DNA of 64,000 nucleotides from Clostridia bacterium (GTDB taxonomy: Bacteria; Bacillota; Clostridia; Christensenellales; CAG-314), in the NCBI GenBank assembly GCA_036654455.1, contig JAVVRZ010000004.1, positions 199-64,198 of the forward strand, in the 5' to 3' direction. Below are positions 48,366 through 55,573 of the stretch, in pieces (within the stretch, counting starts at the first letter, position 1; the number at the start of each line of letters is the position of its first letter). The notes below the pieces were generated by a model, which had not been told where the DNA came from, made no database searches, and saw only the letters and a list, made by a program, of their open reading frames with translations. Both the position numbers and the translations under genes were made by a program.

Positions 48366-49350
48366 AGATACCTATTTGGCTTTAAATGGCGAAAATATAG
48401 TTATCATAAGAAAAGATAAGGATGATGTTAGGTTTCCGCTTTGCAATTTAGAAGAAATAGTGTGCTTTAATTATACAGGAGCAAGTCCGCAACTTATGGG
48501 CAAGTGTATGGCGGACAATATATCGTTGACTTTTTTGTCTCCAAGTGGCAAACTGTTGGGCAGGGTGATCGGGCGCATAAAAGGGAATGTGTTTACTCGA
48601 ATGGCGCAAATAAAAATGTTTGAAAATAATGAAGTAAAGCTTAAACTTATTCAAAATACTATAGCTTGCAAATTGCTAAATACAAAGTTCTTAATTTCGC
48701 GTTCGCTTAGAGATTATCCGCAAATTGATAATGATAAATGCGTAACGGAGCTTATAAATAAAATAGCAAAAAGAATTGACGTTTTGTATGGCATTGCGGA
48801 AATAGATATATTACGTGGCATTGAAGGCGATATTGCAAAAGATTATTTCGGAATTTTTGACAGATTAATAAGAAACGATGCCTTTAAGTTTAACGGACGA
48901 TCTAAACGGCCGCCGCTTGACGAAATAAACGCATGTCTATCTTTTTTATATGCTATTCAATCAAATTCAATAGCTGCCGCGCTAGAAGTAGTGGGAATCG
49001 ATTCTTATATTGGCTTTTTCCACACAGAAAGGCCAGGCAGAATTTCGTTTGCGCTTGATATTGTTGAAGAATTTAGGGCGATGATTGATAGGTTTGTCAT
49101 TTCAGCTATAAACCTTAAACAGCTGACATTAACCGACTTTATCAAAGAACTAGGCGGAAGTGTTTTGTTAAATGACAGCGGAAGGCAAAAGATTTTAAAG
49201 TTGTGGCAAGATAAGAAGAAAGAAAATATATATCACCAAGTTCTTAAGCAAAACATTCAGTTTGGCATTTTGCCGTTTATACAAGCAAACTTATTTGGGA
49301 AATTTTTAAGAGGAGAAATCGAGGAGTATATTCCTTATTTGATTAAATAA
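48328..49350 (+). CDS. cas1: CRISPR-associated endonuclease Cas1 (I-C type)
   Basis: MKKLLNTLYVTSEDTYLALNGENIVI start, 340 aa, overlaps the cas4 3' end by 38 nt. Confidence 0.9.
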   Translation: MKKLLNTLYVTSEDTYLALNGENIVIIRKDKDDVRFPLCNLEEIVCFNYTGASPQLMGKCMADNISLTFLSPSGKLLGRVIGRIKGNVFTRMAQIKMFENNEVKLKLIQNTIACKLLNTKFLISRSLRDYPQIDNDKCVTELINKIAKRIDVLYGIAEIDILRGIEGDIAKDYFGIFDRLIRNDAFKFNGRSKRPPLDEINACLSFLYAIQSNSIAAALEVVGIDSYIGFFHTERPGRISFALDIVEEFRAMIDRFVISAINLKQLTLTDFIKELGGSVLLNDSGRQKILKLWQDKKKENIYHQVLKQNIQFGILPFIQANLFGKFLRGEIEEYIPYLIK

Positions 49351-49352
49351 CA

Positions 49353-49643
49353 ATGCTAATGTTAATAACTTATGATGTGTCTACAATCGATAGCGTAGGT
49401 AAAAGCAGGTTGAGAAAAGTTGCAAAGGAATGCATAAATTATGGGCAGCGTGTCCAAAATTCCGTTTTTGAAGTCAACACAGATTACGGAACTATTTTAA
49501 AGTTGAAAAATAAACTAATAAAAATTATTGATCAATCAAAAGATAGCATACGATTTTACCATATAGGAAATAATTGGGAAAATAAAGTTGAGCATTTTGG
49601 TGTCAAAGAAAGCTATAACCCCGAAGACTTATTGTTAATCTAG
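49353..49643 (+). CDS. cas2: CRISPR-associated endoribonuclease Cas2
   Basis: MLMLITYDVS...RLRKVAKECINYGQRVQNSVFEV, 96 aa. Confidence 0.9.
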   Translation: MLMLITYDVSTIDSVGKSRLRKVAKECINYGQRVQNSVFEVNTDYGTILKLKNKLIKIIDQSKDSIRFYHIGNNWENKVEHFGVKESYNPEDLLLI

Positions 49644-49822
49644 GTTTGCGAACTAAAAGCTCGTTACACAATTCCATTGGGTTCGCAAGCAAAAATAGTT
49701 GAAATTATAAAAATTGCAACTAAATTATAGAATAATTAATTAAATTAACTCAAAAATTCTATAATTCGTCCGCCTTTCGTTAAATGCAACTATGTTTTTA
49801 TATGTCATACTATAAAAATAGA
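49644..49822 (+). promoter_or_regulatory. CRISPR leader (AT-rich)
   Basis: Lies between the cas2 stop and repeat 1. Contains inverted repeat TTGCGAAC(49646)/GTTCGCAA(49681) and a TATAAT at 49760-49765. Confidence 0.7.
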
Positions 49823-51119
49823 GTTGCACCCCGCGAGGGGTGTGTGGATTGAAATAATAAGCAATATTAACAATTCCAAAATGTACGGAGGTTGCACCCC
49901 GCGAGGGGTGTGTGGATTGAAATTCCTTTCATATAAATTTTGAAAATATCGTAAAAAGTTGCACCCCGCGAGGGGTGTGTGGATTGAAATGATTTTCTTT
50001 ATAGAACTTTAATTTTCTATTTAGGTTGCACCCCGCGAGGGGTGTGTGGATTGAAATTTTTTGTATACAAAAATACTTTTTGAGATACCCTGTTGCACCC
50101 CGCGAGGGGTGTGTGGATTGAAATGATAATATTGTTTTATCCATATTTTTTTATCTCGTTGCACCCCGCGAGGGGTGTGTGGATTGAAATAAATATACCA
50201 CTTGCAAGTGTCAACGAATGGATTATGTTGCACCCCGCGAGGGGTGTGTGGATTGAAATGCCTAAATTTTTGCAAACATATATTGGATACAAAGTTGCAC
50301 CCCGCGAGGGGTGTGTGGATTGAAATTTGTTTTTTAGTACCCCCTTACAAACGTTTGTTGTTGCACCCCGCGAGGGGTGTGTGGATTGAAATGTTGTAAT
50401 ATCTACATAAGAATATGCTTTCGTGGGTTGCACCCCGCGAGGGGTGTGTGGATTGAAATTTTCTAGTTTAATTATAGCTGTATCACTCCCAATGTTGCAC
50501 CCCGCGAGGGGTGTGTGGATTGAAATTCTTTCTTCCATAATTTACTCCTTTTTTATTTTATAGTTGCACCCCGCGAGGGGTGTGTGGATTGAAATCAAAG
50601 AGAATTTATTTGTCGCTATGCCGAGTAGAGTTGCACCCCGCGAGGGGTGTGTGGATTGAAATTTTATTGTGCTGTCAGTTTGTGCCATTAAAAATAGGTT
50701 GCACCCCGCGAGGGGTGTGTGGATTGAAATTTTCTGCAATAGTCATTTTACTCTCCTTTCATAGTTGCACCCCGCGAGGGGTGTGTGGATTGAAATTTAT
50801 TTTTGTCGGGTGGACAACATCGGCTGATGGGTTGCACCCCGCGAGGGGTGTGTGGATTGAAATAGCTAATGATAATCTACCAGTTGCTACTTACGAAGTT
50901 GCACCCCGCGAGGGGTGTGTGGATTGAAATGTATGTATTTTGCGACATCGATTTGCCGGCGTGGTTGCACCCCGCGAGGGGTGTGTGGATTGAAATCATT
51001 AACTGGGTCGGTAACCCTTGCAACGGTGTGTTGCACCCCGTGAGGGGTGTGTGGATTGAAATCGAGATACTCTTCGTGATGATTTCATCCATTCCGTTGC
51101 ACCCCGCGAGGGGTGTGTG
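49823..51119 (+). CRISPR. CRISPR array, 20 repeats of 33 nt (GTTGCACCCCGCGAGGGGTGTGTGGATTGAAAT), 19 spacers of 33-36 nt
   Basis: Repeat starts: 49823, 49891, 49958, 50025, 50092, 50158, 50227, 50294, 50360, 50427, 50494, 50563, 50630, 50698, 50764, 50831, 50898, 50964, 51030 (C12T variant), 51096 (only the first 24 nt). I-C-like repeat with ATTGAAAT 3' end. Confidence 0.97.
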
Positions 51120-51433
51120 CAAACGTGGTCACCATACTAATATAGAGTTGAACCAAAATCCACAGAAGGGAAATTCAAACAAAGCGTATTTACGTAAGGA
51201 ATTGCGTTACGACACAAAAGACGGGTTTTGAAGATGTACTTAATGATTATGAGTTAAGTCCTGCCGATAAAATAAAAGTGATTGAGTACATAGAAAACTG
51301 TAAAAAGAAAAAGTAGCCTATTGGCGGTAGTCATTAACTACCACAAGTCTACTTTCAGCAAGCAAACGCTTACTTTGATATACTACGCTACTTTGGCTTA
51401 TTTGTCAACCAAATAAACGTTAATAAAAGAAGT
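51120..51433 (+). pseudogene. non-CRISPR insert in the array carrying a frameshifted C-terminal gene fragment
   Basis: Reads ..NSNKAYLRKELRYDTKDGF* and then, one base out of frame, EDVLNDYELSPADKIKVIEYIENCKKKK*. No start codon or RBS. Confidence 0.5.
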
Positions 51434-51532
51434 GTTGCACCCCGTGAGGGGTGTGTGGATTGAAATATTGACAACCTTTATATCATTTGGTATAATAAAT
51501 CTTACACTTGCGAGAAGTGTGCGGGCTGAAAT
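51434..51532 (+). CRISPR. detached mini-array: variant repeat, 34-nt spacer, degenerate repeat
   Basis: 51434-51466 is the repeat with the same C12T change as repeat 19. 51501-51532 is CTTACACTTGCGAGAAGTGTGCGGGCTGAAAT (about 10 mismatches and 1 deletion). Confidence 0.85.
51468..51496 (+). promoter_or_regulatory. perfect consensus promoter TTGACA-N17-TATAAT inside the mini-array spacer
   Basis: TTGACAACCTTTATATCATTTGGTATAAT. Confidence 0.6.
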
Positions 51533-51715
51533 ATAAATGATACGCAAAAGCGACGAAAAATTTATTGTTACGGCGAGCCGAGAGAAGACGAAGCGCCGAA
51601 TTTCTTGTTAAAAGAGCTAAACGCAAATTATTTAAGCATTAAATTAGAAGTTGCAATGAGGATAGTTTATACAATCTCACAGCGTGTAAATAGTAAGTCA
51701 CAGAGGTAAATTAAA

Positions 51716-52213
51716 ATGAAAAAGCTGTATATCATAGGTGGTACAATGGGGGTCGGGAAGACTACCGTATGCCAGCAATTAAAAAAGGTTTTGGCAAAAA
51801 GCGTGTTTCTTGACGGTGATTGTTGTTGGGATATGCAACCTTTTGTTGTTAACGAAGAAACGAAAGCAATGGTTATAAAAAATATCTGTTTTTTACTCAA
51901 TCAATTCTTACATTGTTCCGTTTACGAAAATATAATTTTTTGTTGGGTATTGCACCAGCAAGATATAATTGATACTATTCTTAATAGTCTTGATACTACA
52001 AATTGCGAATTGGCAATTATTTCTCTCCTTTGTAATGCTAACACGCTAAATGCAAGATTGGACAAAGACATTCGTGAGGGCATTCGAAGTAATGATGTAA
52101 TCGAAAGAAGCGTTGGGAGAATACCACTTTATGATAACCTTTCTACCGAGAAAATTATTACAGATGGAAAAAGTGTTGACGATATCGTAAAAGAAATTGT
52201 AGACAAGTTTTAA
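51716..52213 (+). CDS. small P-loop NTPase / nucleotide-kinase-like protein
   Basis: Walker A GGTMGVGKTT at aa 8-17, 165 aa, RBS AGAGG. Confidence 0.6.
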   Translation: MKKLYIIGGTMGVGKTTVCQQLKKVLAKSVFLDGDCCWDMQPFVVNEETKAMVIKNICFLLNQFLHCSVYENIIFCWVLHQQDIIDTILNSLDTTNCELAIISLLCNANTLNARLDKDIREGIRSNDVIERSVGRIPLYDNLSTEKIITDGKSVDDIVKEIVDKF

Positions 52214-52651
52214 AAAGTTAGTCCGCAAGTGCGTAGATAAAATGACAAATAAATTCTTTCGCAGTAATATAAGTGAGGCGTATCCGCTAAAAATTGTTAA
52301 GCGCTACTTTATTTATGTTTTAATGCAAATAAAAAATTAAAAAATTAGAAAACTTCAATAGCGATATCTTTACTAGCCTTACCGAAAGCTTGTAGATAGG
52401 CAAAAACTAAGCTAAGCGCTTTGCAAGCGTTCTAATGGAGTAGGTTAACGAAAATATAGCAAATAAAAAGTATCAAGAACAATTAGACGAATTATTTGCG
52501 TTAGAAATTGCAAAGTCTACTGGGTTAGAATGTGATAAAACAGTCCTAGCAAAACTTAAAAAAATTATAAAAACTAATAATTAAGCTCACTTAAAGTGGG
52601 CTTTTATTATACTTAGCTCTACAATAATAATAAGGGTAGCTAGGAGGTTTG

Positions 52652-54037
52652 CTAGTTCATAAGCGTTAAAACTGTAAGACCTGCGCAAATTACCGGAACG
52701 GCGATTAGCAAGCCATATAGAACAAATCGTCTAAATGAATAGTTAACCGAGTTGTCTTTGAGAATTTTTACATACATTATGCCCGCAAGCGCACCGATTG
52801 GGGTAAGAAAAGCTCCAATATTAGAACCCATAATGGCGGCAAAGACATTTACGCCTTGCGGAACGACGTTTTCTAACGCCGAAGCGAACAATACGCTCAT
52901 AGGTATATTGTTGATTAAATTTGCCGAAAGAAAAGATGCAATGCCCACAATAAAGGGACTCTTTCCGTTTAAAAAACTTGAAATTTTACCGATTAAGCCA
53001 CAATTTTCAAAAGCAAGCACGATTACAAACATCGATAGTAAAAAGGGCGTAAGGGCGTAAGGCAATTTTTTAACGGCTTGCCCGATAGGTCTTAGGCTGT
53101 ATTTTTTTATTAAAGATATAATTATGCAAACGGCAAACACTGCAAGCGACACAATTAAGCCTACTAAATACATTTGCATATTTATATACGAAGCTACCGC
53201 CATACCGATAATATAGATAATTAGCCCGACGCAACAAGAGTACATTAAAGGCTTGTTGGGAACAGGAATAAGTTCTTCGGTCGGTTCGAGTTCGGCTGAC
53301 AAATTCTTTCTAAATAGCAAGTACATTATGCCAAAAGAAGTTAGTCCGCAAACCATAGTCGGCAAAGCCATTACTAAAAAGTAATCTACAAAGTCTATGC
53401 CAAAAAAGGTCGCCAAATAAATATTGGTGGGGTTGCCAATTATTAGTAGCAAACTCCACGTATTAGCGGCGACAAATTCCATTACTATATAGGGAATAGG
53501 GTTTATCCTAGCGTGCTTAGTAAAGTAGCAAATAAAAGGGGTAAAAGTCAATATAATTATATCGTTTGAAGTTACAATGGTAAGCAAAGATATCACTATA
53601 TAGAAGTAGATAAATAGCCGACGCTGACTTGTCTTTGCTTTTTTAAGGGCGTAGTAAGCTAGATATTTAAAAAAGCCTATTTCGTCAAGCAGTACCGAAA
53701 CACAAGTCATTGAGAAAAATATAATCAATATTTTTATAGGATTAATCGGTAAATTTGTAGTAAAGTTTTGCAATATTTGTTTAAGAGACACTTCGCCTAT
53801 ACATATTAGTAGTACCGCTCCTAAAAGAGCAAATACCCAATAAAGGCAAAAAGAAACTTTGCCTAGTTTAATTTTTAAATCAAAAATAATAGATATAATC
53901 ATCAATATAAAAACTATTGATGCAATAATAATTGTAGCTGTCATATTTCCTCGTATAAATCTATTGGTAAGTATAGCATAAATTTTAGATAAAATGTCAA
54001 TTTTAAAAAATATATTTTTATCTAATACGCCTATCAA
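52652..54037 (-). CDS. ArsB/NhaD (ion transporter superfamily) permease
   Basis: About 11-12 TM helices with family-like organisation. The true start may be the internal Met (MTATIIIAS). Confidence 0.6.
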   Translation of the reverse strand: MIGVLDKNIFFKIDILSKIYAILTNRFIRGNMTATIIIASIVFILMIISIIFDLKIKLGKVSFCLYWVFALLGAVLLICIGEVSLKQILQNFTTNLPINPIKILIIFFSMTCVSVLLDEIGFFKYLAYYALKKAKTSQRRLFIYFYIVISLLTIVTSNDIIILTFTPFICYFTKHARINPIPYIVMEFVAANTWSLLLIIGNPTNIYLATFFGIDFVDYFLVMALPTMVCGLTSFGIMYLLFRKNLSAELEPTEELIPVPNKPLMYSCCVGLIIYIIGMAVASYINMQMYLVGLIVSLAVFAVCIIISLIKKYSLRPIGQAVKKLPYALTPFLLSMFVIVLAFENCGLIGKISSFLNGKSPFIVGIASFLSANLINNIPMSVLFASALENVVPQGVNVFAAIMGSNIGAFLTPIGALAGIMYVKILKDNSVNYSFRRFVLYGLLIAVPVICAGLTVLTLMN

Positions 54038-54074
54038 TTAGCTATGAAAAGTTAGCGTTTTTTGTTACAAAAAA

Positions 54075-54107
54075 ACAAGAGAACTTAATACTTTTCTCTT
54101 GTTTTTG
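54075..54107. terminator. rho-independent terminator downstream of the aminopeptidase gene
   Basis: ACAAGAGA..TCTCTTGT stem flanked by A-run and T-run. Confidence 0.7.
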
Positions 54108-54146
54108 GTTACAAATATTTTTATTTTTTCGCTTAAATTTTAGAAG

Positions 54147-55400
54147 TTAAAAGGTAACTTCAATTTTATCATAACCGTTACAACTAATCGAACAAGCGTA
54201 GTAAGCCTTCGCTAAATTTACCAATTTATCGTAGTCGTAAGCGCCCATAGTTTCGCTCGTTGAGTGCATAGCAAGTTGAGCTAGTCCAATATCTACGCTT
54301 CTAATTGAAAGTTGTTGTGAGGATATTGCGCCAAGCGTGCTACCGCAAGAAACGTCGGAGCGTGAGAAAGAATCTTGTATTGCGATATTTGATTGTTTAG
54401 CTATATATTTAATTACCGCCGAAGACATAGCGTCTGTCGTATAATTTTGGTTTGCGTGGTGTTTAATTACAACGCCTCCATTAAGCGTAGCTATATTAGT
54501 AGTGTCGCTTTTTTCTAAGTGATTAGGGTGAGCTGCGTGGGCATTATCACAAGAAAGCATAAAACTGTTGGCAAGCATTTTGTCATAATCGTTATCTAGC
54601 AATACAGAAATTTTTCTAAGTGTGTCGACTAAAAATGTTCCGCCTGCGCCTTGTTTAGTGCTACTGCCAACTTCTTCGTTATCCGGCATAAAGGCTAAGG
54701 CTACGTTATGACTTTTAAGGTCTTTTAATGCGTCTATGCTTGCAAAAGCGCTTGTAAGGTTATCTAGTCTAGGCGAAACTAAATATTCGCCGTTTTGTCC
54801 TGCAAAAAAAGGCTCTTGGTTACAAGCTAAAAATAAATCATAGTCAATTAATTCGCCCTCGTACGCTTTATAAGTGTCTTCTCCTGCAAATAAAGGTTGA
54901 AGGTCTATTTGAACATTTGGGGCAAAATTTGTGTTAGCGTCTCTATTTAAGTGTATCGCAAGCGAAGGAATAACAACATTATAATCGCTTTTAACTAATT
55001 TTGAGCAAACGCAATTTGTAACTTTGTCAAGATAGACAATTCGCCCTGCAATTACTAAGGGTTTATCAAACCAAGTATAGTTAAGCCCTCCTCCGTAACG
55101 CTCGACGTTAAGTTTGTATTGCTTAGCTTGCTTAGTAGAAGGGTTATATTTAAGTTTAAGCGCCGGACTGTCGGTGTGCGAAGCAAAGATATTGAAGCCC
55201 AAATTTCTATCGCCTAGACAAAAAGCTATTAAACCCGAACCGTCTTTAATGACATAATATTTGCCTAGTGGCTTAATTTGCCAAGTTTGACCTTCGATTA
55301 ATTCGGTATAACCGCAAGCTATAAGGTCTTGTTTACAAACTTCTACCGCATGGTAAGGCGTGGGGGAATTATGTAATTTTTGCATTAATTCTTTTATCAT
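54147..55400 (-). CDS. M18 family aminopeptidase
   Basis: N-terminal ..LHNSPTPYHAV signature, 417 aa. Confidence 0.8.
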   Translation of the reverse strand: MIKELMQKLHNSPTPYHAVEVCKQDLIACGYTELIEGQTWQIKPLGKYYVIKDGSGLIAFCLGDRNLGFNIFASHTDSPALKLKYNPSTKQAKQYKLNVERYGGGLNYTWFDKPLVIAGRIVYLDKVTNCVCSKLVKSDYNVVIPSLAIHLNRDANTNFAPNVQIDLQPLFAGEDTYKAYEGELIDYDLFLACNQEPFFAGQNGEYLVSPRLDNLTSAFASIDALKDLKSHNVALAFMPDNEEVGSSTKQGAGGTFLVDTLRKISVLLDNDYDKMLANSFMLSCDNAHAAHPNHLEKSDTTNIATLNGGVVIKHHANQNYTTDAMSSAVIKYIAKQSNIAIQDSFSRSDVSCGSTLGAISSQQLSIRSVDIGLAQLAMHSTSETMGAYDYDKLVNLAKAYYACSISCNGYDKIEVTF

Positions 55401-55505
55401 TATGTTCTCCTAAATTTATATTTAATGTCTACTTACTTCTTTTAACCATTTTACAACATAAATATGCTTTTGTCTATATGCGTTAGGGTATATTTTTCAA
55501 AGATA

Positions 55506-55534
55506 TTGACAATTTTTAATAATTGAAGTATAAT
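55506..55534 (+). promoter_or_regulatory. perfect consensus promoter TTGACA-N17-TATAAT
   Basis: TTGACAATTTTTAATAATTGAAGTATAAT upstream of the lipoprotein gene. Confidence 0.7.
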
Positions 55535-55573
55535 AAATAGATAGATATTTAAATAATCTAGGAGGTAAACAAT

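Noticed and set aside
51146-51179. GTTGAACCAAAATCCACAGAAGGGAAATTCAAAC inside the array insert looks like a foreign CRISPR repeat (GTTGAA...ATTCAAAC)
   Set aside because: It is a single copy with no adjacent second repeat, and it sits inside a reading-frame fragment. The resemblance is most likely coincidental.
49929-51231. Many ORFs on both strands across 49.9-51.2 kb with recurring peptides (HPARGVWIE, NPHTPRGVQ, STHPSRGAT, IHTPLAGCN)
   Set aside because: These are translations of the 33-nt CRISPR repeat in different frames, with unrelated spacer sequence between them. They are not genes.
46520-52650. attL/attR direct repeat of the tRNA-Asn 3' end, or an integrase, delimiting a classical genomic island
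   Set aside because: I found no second copy of GGTTCAAACCCAACAGGGGGAG and no integrase-like ORF by eye. The islet is described as decayed debris rather than a defined mobile element.
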